Source: Solirubrobacterales bacterium (lineage in GTDB: Bacteria > Actinomycetota > Thermoleophilia > Solirubrobacterales > 70-9). Taken from it: a stretch of DNA of 64,000 nt. Below the pieces are notes generated by a model. It had not been told where the DNA came from. It saw only the letters and a program-made list of their open reading frames with translations, and did no database searches. This document shows positions 1-8,614 of the stretch, one piece after another. Location: positions 2,155 to 66,154 of the forward strand of contig DASSOC010000001.1 in assembly GCA_035700965.1 (NCBI GenBank), given 5' to 3'. Both the position numbers and the translations under genes were made by a program. The number at the start of each line of letters is the position of its first letter. Positions within the stretch are counted from its first letter, which is position 1.

Positions 1-1
1 C

Positions 2-1405
2 GCCCCCGTGCTGTGGGAGGACGTGCAGGGCGTCGACGCCGCCAAGGACGAGCTGATGGACGTCGCCGAGTGGCTGCGCGATCCCGACCGCTTCGCCGCC
101 CTCGGCGCGCAACCGCCGCGCGGCGTGCTGCTCTTCGGCCCGCCGGGGACCGGCAAGACGATGCTGGCGCGGGCGGTGGCGGCGCAGGCCGGCGTCGACT
201 TCTTCGCTGCCTCGGGATCGAGCTTCGTGGAGATGTTCGTGGGGAGGGGTGCCGCCCGCATCAGGCGGCTGTTCAAGGAGGCGCGCAAGTCGGGACGGGC
301 GGTGATCTTCATCGACGAGCTCGACGCCGTGGGGGGCGCGCGCAGTGGAGGAGGCGGCGACGGCGGCTCCAGCGAGCGCGAGCAGGCGCTCAACCAGCTG
401 CTGGTCGAGCTGGACGGGTTCGAGCGCGATCCCGGCACGGTGATCGTCATCGCCGCCTCCAACCACGTCGACAAGCTCGACCGGGCGCTGCTGCGTCCCG
501 GCCGCTTCGATCGCCAGGTTCTGGTATCGCCACCCGACCGCGACGGGCGCGAGGCGATCCTGCGCGCCCACGCCGTGGGCAAGCCGCTCGGCGCCGACCT
601 CGACCTGACCGACGTCGCCCGCAAGACCACCGGCATGACCGGTGCTCAGCTCGCCAATGCCCTCAACGAGGCGGCGATCATCGCCGGGCGGGCGGAACGC
701 AGCGCAATGGCGCGCGAGGACCTCGACGAGGCGCTGCTGCGGCAGTCGGTCGGCTCGCAGCAGGCGCGGCGACTGAACCAGAAAGAGCGCCGCATCGTCG
801 CCTACCACGAGGCCGGCCATGCGCTCTGCCGGCGGCTGCTCGGACTCGACCCGCCGGAGATCCTCAGCATCGTCCCGCGCGGCCCGGCGCTCGGCTTCGT
901 CGCCCACTCGCCCTCGGAGGACACCTACCTGAAGTCCCGCGACGACCTGCTCGACGAGGTGGTGACGCTGCTGGGCGGCCGCGCCGCCGAGGAGGTGGTG
1001 CTCGGCGAGACCTACTCCGGCGCCGCCGACGACCTCAACCGGGTCCACCTCGTCTGCAAGCAGATGGTCGCCGAGTTCGGGATGGGCGTCGCCCTCGACC
1101 ACGACGGGCCGGCGCCGATCGCGATGCCGACCAGCGACTACGCGGTCTCCGACCAGACCCGGCGCGAGGTCGACCAGGCGGCGATGACGCTCGCCCGCGA
1201 GGCCTACCGCCGCGCCCGGGCGCTGATCTCCGCCAACCTCGAGGTGGTCGACCACCTGGCGGTGCTGGCGCTGGAGCGCGAGACGCTGACCCGCGAGGAA
1301 CTCGACGAGATCTTCGCCGCCCACGACCTGCGCAGCCTCGCCGCCCCCGGCTCCGGCTCGGCCCTGGTCGCGATGGCCCGCGAGGCACCGCCCGCCGGCA
1401 GCTAG
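2..1405 (+). CDS. ftsH: ATP-dependent zinc metalloprotease, FtsH family (5' end cut by window edge)
   Basis: ORF open to window start. Carries Walker A GPPGTGKT, Walker B IFIDELD and zinc site HEAGHAL in the supplied translation. Confidence 0.85.
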   Translation, partial: APVLWEDVQGVDAAKDELMDVAEWLRDPDRFAALGAQPPRGVLLFGPPGTGKTMLARAVAAQAGVDFFAASGSSFVEMFVGRGAARIRRLFKEARKSGRAVIFIDELDAVGGARSGGGGDGGSSEREQALNQLLVELDGFERDPGTVIVIAASNHVDKLDRALLRPGRFDRQVLVSPPDRDGREAILRAHAVGKPLGADLDLTDVARKTTGMTGAQLANALNEAAIIAGRAERSAMAREDLDEALLRQSVGSQQARRLNQKERRIVAYHEAGHALCRRLLGLDPPEILSIVPRGPALGFVAHSPSEDTYLKSRDDLLDEVVTLLGGRAAEEVVLGETYSGAADDLNRVHLVCKQMVAEFGMGVALDHDGPAPIAMPTSDYAVSDQTRREVDQAAMTLAREAYRRARALISANLEVVDHLAVLALERETLTREELDEIFAAHDLRSLAAPGSGSALVAMAREAPPAGS

Positions 1406-1444
1406 CTGTTCCTTTTCGCCGTATAACGGCGAAAAGGAACAGCT
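1404..1444. repeat. Palindromic element copy A (18-bp perfect stem, loop TATAA); possible ftsH terminator
   Basis: agctgttccttttcgccg-tataa-cggcgaaaaggaacagct lies immediately after the ftsH stop. Related copies are at 48789..48834 and 50126..50170. Confidence 0.7.
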
Positions 1445-1475
1445 GACGGCCGGCGGTATCCTGGCCAGGCAGCCA

Positions 1476-2354
1476 ATGAGCGATGAGTACTACTTTCCGC
1501 CCGGCAGATCGATGGCGCGCCGCGTCCACGGCGAGCGTTCCGTGGGGCTGCTCTACGGGCAGCGGGCGCTGCTGATCGGGGCGCTGGAGCCGCTCACCTA
1601 CACCGGCACCATGCTCAGCACCAATGCTGGCGACCATCCCTTCACCCGCCTCGCCCACACGGCGAAGATCCAGGAGACGGTCTTCCTCGGCACCAGGGCC
1701 GAAGCCGACAAGGCGCTGGCGGCGGTGCACCGCCTGCACGAGCGGATCAAGGGCGAGCTGCCCGAAGCCGCCGGTGCCCACCCCGCCGGCAGCGCCTACT
1801 CGGCCTTCGACCCGGAGCTGATGCTGTGGACGCTGGCGGTGATCGCCGACTCCGGCCGGGCGATGTACGAAGCGATGGTCCGCCCGCTCCGGCCGGGCGA
1901 GCAGGAAGCGCTCTGGCAGGACTACGTCCGCTTCGGCGAGCTTTTCCTGCTCCCGCGCGAGGCGGTCCCCCCCACCTACCGCCAGTTCCAGGCCTGGTTC
2001 GACGCCAGGCTCGCCTCCCCGGATCTGCAGGCGACCGAGCACGCGCTGGAGATGGCGCCGCTCGTCGCCTTCCGCCAGCCGGTGCCGCTGAGCGCCCGCT
2101 TCAACCTCGAGACCCAGAACCTGATCATCAAGGGAACGCTGCCGCCGCGGGTTCGGGAGATCTTCGGGATCGCCTGGACGCGGGCCCACGAGAGCGCCTT
2201 CCGCACCGTCACCGCCACCCACCGCCAGGCCCGCCACGCGATGCCGCGCCCGCTCCGCCGCGGTCGCAACGACTACTTCTTCAACGTCGTCACCCAGGCC
2301 GAGAAGCGCCGCGGCGGCACCCCGACGCCGCGCATCCACAGCGGTGCCGGCTGA
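1476..2354 (+). CDS. DUF2236 / MpaB-family oxygenase-like protein
   Basis: The N-terminal pattern RRVHGERSVGLLYGQRALLIGALEPL ... AVHRLHERIKG resembles the DUF2236 family. Recognised by motif only. Confidence 0.55.
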   Translation: MSDEYYFPPGRSMARRVHGERSVGLLYGQRALLIGALEPLTYTGTMLSTNAGDHPFTRLAHTAKIQETVFLGTRAEADKALAAVHRLHERIKGELPEAAGAHPAGSAYSAFDPELMLWTLAVIADSGRAMYEAMVRPLRPGEQEALWQDYVRFGELFLLPREAVPPTYRQFQAWFDARLASPDLQATEHALEMAPLVAFRQPVPLSARFNLETQNLIIKGTLPPRVREIFGIAWTRAHESAFRTVTATHRQARHAMPRPLRRGRNDYFFNVVTQAEKRRGGTPTPRIHSGAG

Positions 2355-2652
2355 GAAGTCGCACGCCGATCGAGGCAGGCAGAGTGGCCCGCCGCCCCGC
2401 TGGTGGGGCATGCGCCCCGCCCAGAACCTGAAGCCGGCGACCTACCGCTGCCCGCTCTGCGGCAAGCACCTGCCCGCCCTCTCCGAGCACGTCCTGATCT
2501 GGCCCGAGCGGGACAAGACGAAGCGGCGCCACGCCCACACCGAGTGCGTCCTGGGTGCCCGCAAAGCCGGCCGCCTGCCGACCGAGGACGAGTGGCGCGC
2601 CGCCCAGCCGCGGCCACGCTCGCTCTTCGCCCGCCTCTTCGGCAAGGATTAG
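2344..2652 (+). CDS. Small zinc-ribbon protein (CPLC...AHTEC motif)
   Basis: Contains YRCPLCGKHLPALSEHVLIWPERDKTKRRHAHTECV. The GTG start at 2344 overlaps the upstream gene; an alternative ATG is at 2410. Confidence 0.5.
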   Translation: MPAEKSHADRGRQSGPPPRWWGMRPAQNLKPATYRCPLCGKHLPALSEHVLIWPERDKTKRRHAHTECVLGARKAGRLPTEDEWRAAQPRPRSLFARLFGKD

Positions 2653-2655
2653 GCC

Positions 2656-3402
2656 GTGCTCGAGCTGCTCGCCGTCGCGGCGGCCGGGGCCGGCGCGGGG
2701 GCCGCCAACTCCATCGCCGGCGGCGGCGCGCTGATCACCTTTCCGACGATGGTCGCGCTCGGCCTGCCGCCGCTCTCGGCCAACGTCACCAACACGGTCG
2801 GAATCGTCCCCGCCTCGATCGGCGGTGCGCTGGGCTACTCCGACCTGCTGCGCGAGCAGGGCGAGCGCTTCGCCCGCCTCCTCGCGCCGCTGCTGCTCGG
2901 CGCCATCGCCGGCTCTGCCGCGCTCCTGCTCACCTCCAACGACGCCTTCGAAGCGATCGTGCCGGTGCTGATCGCGGCCTCCTGCCTGCTGCTCTTCTTC
3001 CAGCCCCGGCTCACCCCCCGCATCTCCCACGCCGGCAACGAACACTCGCCCTACCTCACCGCCGGGATCGCCTTCTGTGGCGCCTACCAGGCCTACTTCG
3101 GCTCGGCCGTCAGCATCCTCGTCTTCGCGATCCTCGCCCTCTTCGTCAACGACACGCTGCAGCGCCTGAACGGGATGAAGATCCTCCTCGCCGGCTGCTC
3201 CAACCTCCTCGCTGCCGTCATCTACGCCTTTCTCGCCCCTGTCGACTGGCGCTATGCAGTGGCGATCATGGTCTCCTCCTTCGCCGGCGGCCGGGTCGGC
3301 GCCCACTACGCCCGCCGGATCCCCAGCGAGCCGCTGCGGGTCACGATCGCCGCCGCCGGGCTCGCCGTTGCCGCCGTCCTCGCGGTCCGCGCCTTCGGCT
3401 AG
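2656..3402 (+). CDS. TauE/SafE (TSUP) family anion permease
   Basis: Multi-TM protein with GAGAGAANSIAGGGALITFPTMVALGLPPLSANVTNTV, typical of TSUP/DUF81. Confidence 0.75.
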   Translation: MLELLAVAAAGAGAGAANSIAGGGALITFPTMVALGLPPLSANVTNTVGIVPASIGGALGYSDLLREQGERFARLLAPLLLGAIAGSAALLLTSNDAFEAIVPVLIAASCLLLFFQPRLTPRISHAGNEHSPYLTAGIAFCGAYQAYFGSAVSILVFAILALFVNDTLQRLNGMKILLAGCSNLLAAVIYAFLAPVDWRYAVAIMVSSFAGGRVGAHYARRIPSEPLRVTIAAAGLAVAAVLAVRAFG

Positions 3403-3431
3403 CGCCGCAGTTGAACTCAAGTGCGGTCGCC

Positions 3432-3452
3432 AAAAAAAGCCCCTGGCGGGGC
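3432..3452 (-). terminator. Rho-independent terminator downstream of the ArsR-like gene
   Basis: On the minus strand, hairpin gcccc-gcca-ggggc is followed by a 7-T run (plus-strand A-run 3432..3438). Confidence 0.6.
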
Positions 3453-3472
3453 AGGCGAGCGGTGAGCCGGCG

Positions 3473-4132
3473 CTATTCCTGCCAGGCCCCCGGCAGCACC
3501 TCGAACAGCGCCAGGGCGACGATCGCGGGGATGCCCTGCTTGCCCGATTTCCCGAGCCGCACCGCCGCGGCCGCCTGCTCCTTGAGGATCCGATCGAGCG
3601 CCTTCGCCTGGATCGCCGAGATCCGCCGCCAGCCCACCTCGTCGAGCAGCAGCGCGGTGCGGCTGAGGTGGCGGTCCTGGCGGCGGTCGAAGACGTCGGC
3701 GGCGAGCGACTTCGCGGCGTCGCTCATCAGCGTTTCGATCACGTAGCCCGAGAAGGCGCTGCGGACCTTGGGGTCGAGCTTCTCCCAGTCGGGGTTGTCG
3801 ATCAGCGGCCGGTCCACCGCCTTGTAGAAGTGCGCGACCGAGCCCCGCACGTTTTCTTCTTCCATGATTTCGACCAGCCCCAGCTCGTCCAGCACCCGCA
3901 CGTGGTAGCTGACGTTGCTGATCGGGATGTCGACGATCTCGGCGATTTCCTTCGGACTCGCGATCCTTTCGGTGAGGATCGTCAGCGCCTTCACCCTGAC
4001 CGGATGGTTCAGAGCCTTGACCAAGATCTCCTGCGGAGATTTCGCCTCCTTCTTCTTCCGTTTCGTGACTTTCCGCCGCTTTCGCGCCACCTTCGCCTCC
4101 CCTCCATCTGCATCAACTGAGCGATAGAGCAT
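3473..4132 (-). CDS. ArsR-like winged-helix regulator with ~100-aa C-terminal extension (paralog 1)
   Basis: Contains LNHPVRVKALTILTERIASPKEIAEIVDIPISNVSYHVRVLDELGLVE and VRGSVAHFYKA. Paralogous to 10327..10926 and 52731..53333. Confidence 0.7.
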   Translation of the reverse strand: MLYRSVDADGGEAKVARKRRKVTKRKKKEAKSPQEILVKALNHPVRVKALTILTERIASPKEIAEIVDIPISNVSYHVRVLDELGLVEIMEEENVRGSVAHFYKAVDRPLIDNPDWEKLDPKVRSAFSGYVIETLMSDAAKSLAADVFDRRQDRHLSRTALLLDEVGWRRISAIQAKALDRILKEQAAAAVRLGKSGKQGIPAIVALALFEVLPGAWQE

Positions 4133-4377
4133 AAGTCCCCTAATCTTTCGCCGCTAAATGCGCGGGTCTGGCGAACCGCTGCAAACGCTTAGAGCATTTG
4201 TGCCCTCTTCTTGGCAGGCGAACGAACGCGACCAGAAGGGGGTGAGCAGGGTGCGGATCGAGATGACTGCCGCGACGCTGGCGAGAAGCCTGACCAAGTC
4301 GAACTAGAGCAGCAGGGCGGGCGCGGCTGCGGTCGGCCCGCCCGAAGGCGCCGGCGGCTGCCCAGGGGGCGATCGAG

Positions 4378-4389
4378 TGGGCGGTACTG
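4378..4389. repeat. attL core (copy of the last 12 nt of tRNA-Val)
   Basis: TGGGCGGTACTG is identical to 44951..44962 and lies 42 nt from the integrase stop. Confidence 0.7.
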
Positions 4390-4430
4390 CCACGATCCGG
4401 CTTGGATAGCGGCGTGGGGGGCGGGCAGCG

Positions 4431-5573
4431 TCACGATTGCGTCCCGCCTCCCGCGATGCTGCGCAGCGGCACCGGTCTCTTGCCGCCCTGCGCGAAGGCG
4501 GCGTCGACCTCCTCGAGCGCGCCGACGTCGCCGTGACCGTAGGTTTCGAGCATCTCGGTGACCGTCTTCAGTTTCCACCCCGCCTGGGCGGCGATGGCGC
4601 GGTCTGACATCCCGAGCTCGACCCACATGAACCACACGCCGTAGTGCTTGGTGGCGTGGTAGAAGTCGAAGCTGACGCTGGCGGCGGCCCTGACCAGGCG
4701 CCAGTATTCGTAGAGAGCGTTCGTCGACAGCGGCTTGCCGGTTTTCGAGGTGAAGACGCGGGGGCCGTCCAGGGGCAGCCCGACGATCGCGTCCCTGCCG
4801 GGAGGCGTGAGCGCAATCGTCTTCGGCCCGGTCTTCGGAGCGTCCACCGTCCCGCGGTAGACGCGGCTGGCCTTGCGTACCCGCATCCGCCGGAAGTCGA
4901 CGTCGCCGGGCGCCAGGGCGCACACCTCGGAGGGCCGCATCAACTCGAACGTGGCGAACAGGACGATCGCCCGCATCGTCGGCGCGTAGGCGCCGAGGAC
5001 CGAGCAGGCGTCGAGGATCCGCTCGAACTCCTGCCGCGTCGGCGGCGGGTCTTCGGAGCGCCCCTTGCTCTTCTGGCTGAGGCCCCGGGCTGGGCTCTTC
5101 GGCAGCGCCAGGTCGTCCTCGTTGATCGCGTGGTTGTAGAGGCTGACGATGGCTTCGGCATCCCCGTTGGGGACCGGCCCTCGTCCCTTCCACTTCCCTT
5201 CGCCGTAGCGCCAGTCTCGGAGGTCCTGGCGGGACTGGTCGACGCTCTTGCCGGCGAAGTCCCGCTTGAAGCGGCTGAGCCGCTGCGTCTGAGTGTCGTG
5301 CGAGGACCCGCGGTTGCGCCGCTTGTAGTCGGCGAGGTAGGTCTCGACGTAGGCGTCGCAGGTAGGCAGGTCCGATCCGCCGCCGGCCTGGAACCGGCCG
5401 GTCGCGACGCAGTTCTTGCAGCTGCAGCCGTCCTCTTCGAGTCGGCCGAGCTCCTTGGAGACGGCAGCGTTGCGCTCCTTGCGGGTCGGGTAGCGCCCGA
5501 CCCAGTGGAACCGCTGCTTGCCGTCGCTGTCGCGGCCGAGGTAGATCCGCCCGATCCAGACTTTCTTGCTCAT
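4431..5573 (-). CDS. Tyrosine recombinase / phage integrase
   Basis: 380 aa. Catalytic-domain pattern LMRPSEVCAL ... YHATKHYG ... LETYGHGD (R, H..K/H, Y). Confidence 0.9.
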   Translation of the reverse strand: MSKKVWIGRIYLGRDSDGKQRFHWVGRYPTRKERNAAVSKELGRLEEDGCSCKNCVATGRFQAGGGSDLPTCDAYVETYLADYKRRNRGSSHDTQTQRLSRFKRDFAGKSVDQSRQDLRDWRYGEGKWKGRGPVPNGDAEAIVSLYNHAINEDDLALPKSPARGLSQKSKGRSEDPPPTRQEFERILDACSVLGAYAPTMRAIVLFATFELMRPSEVCALAPGDVDFRRMRVRKASRVYRGTVDAPKTGPKTIALTPPGRDAIVGLPLDGPRVFTSKTGKPLSTNALYEYWRLVRAAASVSFDFYHATKHYGVWFMWVELGMSDRAIAAQAGWKLKTVTEMLETYGHGDVGALEEVDAAFAQGGKRPVPLRSIAGGGTQS

Positions 5574-5788
5574 GCCGCCTCGCCTTTCCGCTTGATGAAC
5601 CCGTGGGCCTCGAGCCAGGGCTCGACTTCCCAGACGCGGAACTTGGCCCGGCCGGCGATCTCCCTATGCGGCATTCCCTCTCTCATCCGCTCCTCGATCC
5701 ACCGGACCGAGCAGGCGAGCTCCTCGGCGATGCCCTTCTTGTCAAGGTAGCCGCCGTAGATCTCCGTGACCTGCCCTATCGCCTCCAC
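5570..5788 (-). CDS. Excisionase-type HTH DNA-binding protein
   Basis: 72 aa; KKGIAEELACSVRWIEERMREGMPHREIAGRAKFRVWEVEPWL. Overlaps the integrase start by 4 nt. Confidence 0.7.
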   Translation of the reverse strand: MEAIGQVTEIYGGYLDKKGIAEELACSVRWIEERMREGMPHREIAGRAKFRVWEVEPWLEAHGFIKRKGEAA

Positions 5789-5790
5789 CG

Positions 5791-5970
5791 TCAGCGCACC
5801 TCCCTTGGCTCGAGCATCTCGCGGAAAGAGTCGTAGGCCGCCTGGGCCCGCGGCGTACGGCGGCGCACCGGCAGTTCTGCCGCTTCGCGCGCCGGGAGCT
5901 CGCCGAGGATGCGACGGTGAGCGGTGACGCCGGCGACGTCGACCACCGGCTTGACGATCGGCCGGGTCAT
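5791..5970 (-). CDS. Hypothetical phage protein (59 aa)
   Basis: ATG at 5970 is preceded by GAGGAGG with a 4-nt spacer. ATGA overlap with the upstream ORF stop. Confidence 0.45.
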   Translation of the reverse strand: MTRPIVKPVVDVAGVTAHRRILGELPAREAAELPVRRRTPRAQAAYDSFREMLEPREVR

Positions 5971-6160
5971 GCTGCCTCCTCGCTTTCGTCGGGCGGGTAG
6001 ACCTCGAAATAGTCGTTGGCGCATTCGGTGTGGGCCCAGCCGAGGCTCACCATGGTGAGCTTGATCGGGTCGCCCTTGTCGATCGGGGCGGGGCACAGCG
6101 GGCAGTCACTCGCGTGGGAGGCGAGCTTTTCCGGCTGGCGGGGCGGGGCTGCCACGGCGC
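5967..6160 (-). CDS. Small zinc-finger protein (CPLC...AHTEC), phage paralog of host 2344..2652
   Basis: Contains DCPLCPAPIDKGDPIKLTMVSLGWAHTECAN. A GTG start abuts the dnaB stop; the start is uncertain. Confidence 0.4.
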
Positions 6161-7483
6161 TCACCAGGTGGCTCCCATCGCCTCCACCGAGGGCGGAGGC
6201 GACTCGTCGGCGGGGCTCTCGTGGAAGCGGTCGAGCTCGAAGCGGAGCCGGTCCTTGTTGAACCGGACCGCGACGCCGCCGAGCTCGCCGCCGCGGCACT
6301 TGTCGAAGTAGATCGCGCCGGTGTCGATCGGCTCGAAGGTCTCGGGGTCCTGGTTGCGGTAGACGAAGCAGACGACGTCGGCGAGGTTCTCTATGTCGCC
6401 CGACCACTTGAGGTCGGAGCGCATCGGGCGCCGGCGCATCCCGCTGAGCCCGGAGGCGCCGCTGCGGTTGACGTGTGCGGTCAGGACGACGACGCAGTCG
6501 GCGAGCTTCGCGGCCTGCTTGAGGCGCGCGACGGCGGCCGCGATCTGGCGCTCGTCCTCGAAGGGGAAGTTGTGGAGGATGTCGACGACGACGAAGTCGT
6601 GCCGCTGCTGGCGGATGTCGAGGGCGACCTCCTCGACGCTCCAGCCGGTGGTGTCGACGATCGGCCAGTGGAGGCCCTCGTCGTTCATGTAGCGGACGAG
6701 CTTGCTGCGCTGCTGCGCGTCGAGCTCGCCGTTGACCAGCGGCCCGTAGGGGATGCCCGCGATGCGGTTGGCGCGGCGGGCGGCCTGTTCTTCGGGGTCC
6801 ATCTCGTTGTCGTAGAGGCAGACCGACCCGTGCTTTCGGTTCTGGTCGAGCAGCTGCGCGGCGAAGTGGCTCTTGCCCTCGTTGGTGTAGCCGGAAACCA
6901 CGACGAGCTGGCCGCGGCGCATCCCCCCTTTGTGGAGGCGGTTGAGCTTGGCGAAGGACCAGAAGAACTCGGCCTTGGAGCGGCCTTCCATGAGCTCGAA
7001 GAGGAGGTCGTTCTGGCGCTCGACGTCGTAGAGCGCGCGGTTGTGGGCGCGCTCGTCGGCGAGGAGTGAGTGCGCCCGGGTGAAGGCCTCGGCGTCGCGG
7101 GCGATCGCGGCGGCCTGGATCTCCTGGCCGGCGGTGAGCCGGCCGCGCCACTGGGCGTTGTCGCGGACGATCTTGGCGTAGTGGATCCCGTTGGCCGCCG
7201 AGGGGACCTTTGCTGCCAGCTCGGAGACGTAGTGGCGCCCGCCCGTCTTCTCGAGGTCCTCGCCCAGGCGGTCGACCACGGTCAGCTCGTCGACGGGCTT
7301 GCCGTCGCCGGCGAGCTTCAGGATCGCCGCGAAGAGGAGGCGGTGGCGGTCGAGGTAGAAGTCGTCGGGCTGCAGGCCGACCTCGGCCTGTACGGCCGGT
7401 AGGACGGGCTCGGAGACGAGCATCGCGCCGAGGACCGAGGCCTCGGCCTCGATGTTCTGCGGCGGGGTGTGTGCGTCAGCCAC
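6161..7483 (-). CDS. dnaB: Replicative DNA helicase DnaB (phage-encoded)
   Basis: N-terminal PPQNIEAEASVLGAMLV and a RecA-like C-terminal domain with GYTNEGKSHFAAQL (P-loop). Confidence 0.9.
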   Translation of the reverse strand: MADAHTPPQNIEAEASVLGAMLVSEPVLPAVQAEVGLQPDDFYLDRHRLLFAAILKLAGDGKPVDELTVVDRLGEDLEKTGGRHYVSELAAKVPSAANGIHYAKIVRDNAQWRGRLTAGQEIQAAAIARDAEAFTRAHSLLADERAHNRALYDVERQNDLLFELMEGRSKAEFFWSFAKLNRLHKGGMRRGQLVVVSGYTNEGKSHFAAQLLDQNRKHGSVCLYDNEMDPEEQAARRANRIAGIPYGPLVNGELDAQQRSKLVRYMNDEGLHWPIVDTTGWSVEEVALDIRQQRHDFVVVDILHNFPFEDERQIAAAVARLKQAAKLADCVVVLTAHVNRSGASGLSGMRRRPMRSDLKWSGDIENLADVVCFVYRNQDPETFEPIDTGAIYFDKCRGGELGGVAVRFNKDRLRFELDRFHESPADESPPPSVEAMGATW

Positions 7484-7624
7484 CGAAGCCTCCGGGCTTG
7501 TACCAGTAGACCTGGACCTCGACCACCCACGACCGCATCGAGCCGGTGTAGAGGACCGGGGCGTTCACGACGACCACCTGACCCTGAGGCTCACCCTATA
7601 TCTCCTTTTCTGCATTTCATTCAA

Positions 7625-7672
7625 TGGACGGCGCGGGGAGTCGAACCCCGCGCAAAGCTGATCCCCAGCCGC
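7625..7672 (-). other. Orphan tRNA-like 3' fragment (T-arm-like hairpin plus ...CCA)
   Basis: Minus strand reads GCGCGGGG-TTCGACT-CCCCGCGC-CGTCCA. No matching 5' acceptor or D-arm lies upstream. Confidence 0.4.
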
Positions 7673-7924
7673 CTACTTGCTCTCTGACGGCAGCTCGTGC
7701 GTCCACGGGCAGACGTCAACGATGCTCGAAACGCTCACGCTGACCTCTCCGAGGTACTCGACTTCCGAGAGGCTCCCGTTGGCAATCGCCTCGCCGAACC
7801 GGCCGCTGTGGGCGACCCAGGAGGCGTTCTTGAGCTTCACGAATCCGTCCTCGTACTCCTCCACCTCTCCAACGTGGTGGAAGGTGACGGTGCGGATGAA
7901 CAGCTTTTCTCCGGTGTTGAACAT
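7673..7924 (-). CDS. Hypothetical phage early protein
   Basis: 83-aa ORF in the early operon, with locally lower GC. Confidence 0.55.
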   Translation of the reverse strand: MFNTGEKLFIRTVTFHHVGEVEEYEDGFVKLKNASWVAHSGRFGEAIANGSLSEVEYLGEVSVSVSSIVDVCPWTHELPSESK

Positions 7925-7950
7925 TCTTTCCTTTCTGGTTTGTGAAAGCT

Positions 7951-8145
7951 TCAGTCGGCGGCTGAGGTCCCCGCAGCCGCCTCCTTGGTGTGTGTGTTCT
8001 CGGCGGGAAGAAGTGCGTCGAGGACCGCCGAGGGCAGCCGGCGCAGGCTGACGCCCTTCGCGCAGGCGTCGATCACCAGGCCGAGCCGTTCGACGTCGGC
8101 GCCGGAGACATTCACCCCGGTCGGCAGGTCTGCCGGTCGGCTCAT
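7951..8145 (-). CDS. Hypothetical phage early protein
   Basis: 64-aa ORF, co-oriented, overlapping the upstream ORF by 4 nt. Confidence 0.45.
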   Translation of the reverse strand: MSRPADLPTGVNVSGADVERLGLVIDACAKGVSLRRLPSAVLDALLPAENTHTKEAAAGTSAAD

Positions 8146-8429
8146 CGGAACCTCCCGGGGAGGGTGTGGTCGGCGGGGAGGTCAGGGCCTCGGCGGGCCC
8201 CGAAGGACCAGAGCGGGTGATCGGCGTCGGCGATCGCGCGGGGCTCGGGCTGATCGGGGAGGGAGCCGAAGAGCGCGAGGTCCCAGGCTCGTTGGCGCTC
8301 GAGGACCCGGCGGCGGGAGGTCAGGGAGAGGACCGCGAGGCCGAACACGGCTGCCGTGGCGCCGATCACCAGCTTGAGGGGGAGCAGGGCCAGGGCCAGG
8401 AGGAAGATGAGGAGAGCGGCGAGGATCAT
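8142..8429 (-). CDS. Small membrane protein
   Basis: N-terminal MILAALLIFLLALALLPLKLVIGATAAVFGLAVL suggests two TM segments. 4-nt overlap with neighbours. Confidence 0.5.
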   Translation of the reverse strand: MILAALLIFLLALALLPLKLVIGATAAVFGLAVLSLTSRRRVLERQRAWDLALFGSLPDQPEPRAIADADHPLWSFGARRGPDLPADHTLPGRFR

Positions 8430-8614
8430 GGGCGCTGCCTCTCGGGGCCGGGCTTCAGGGAGTTGGCGACCGCCTGGATGTGGGTGCGGCGGCGCCGGCG
8501 GTTGCGGCGCTCGCGTAGGGCCGAGGCGCCGGCCAGGGCCAGGGCGGCGAGGAAGGAGGTAGCCAGCGCCGCGGCCGCGGTGTAGGAGAGGATGGTGAGG
8601 GTGGTGGCGATCAC
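8426..8614 (-). CDS. Small membrane protein (62 aa)
   Basis: GTG start overlaps the upstream stop (GTGA). Hydrophobic IATTLTILSYTAAAALATSFLAALALAGA. Confidence 0.35.
   Translation of the reverse strand: MIATTLTILSYTAAAALATSFLAALALAGASALRERRNRRRRRTHIQAVANSLKPGPERQRP

Noticed and set aside
13-1446. 477-aa plus-strand ORF overlapping ftsH in another frame, together with the 458-aa minus-strand ORF 1035..2411.
   Set aside because: The translations are Arg/Pro/Gly/Ala-rich low-complexity sequence, typical of off-frame ORFs in high-GC DNA. The ftsH and DUF2236 frames carry real motifs.
7484-7600. Possible ~20-33-aa ORF (..MRSWVVEVQVYWYKPGGFGG) whose stop overlaps the dnaB GTG start.
   Set aside because: There is no convincing start or RBS. 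The AAGGAG at ~7600 is followed only by a 9-codon frame. It is too short to support, though the overlap with the dnaB start hints it could be real.
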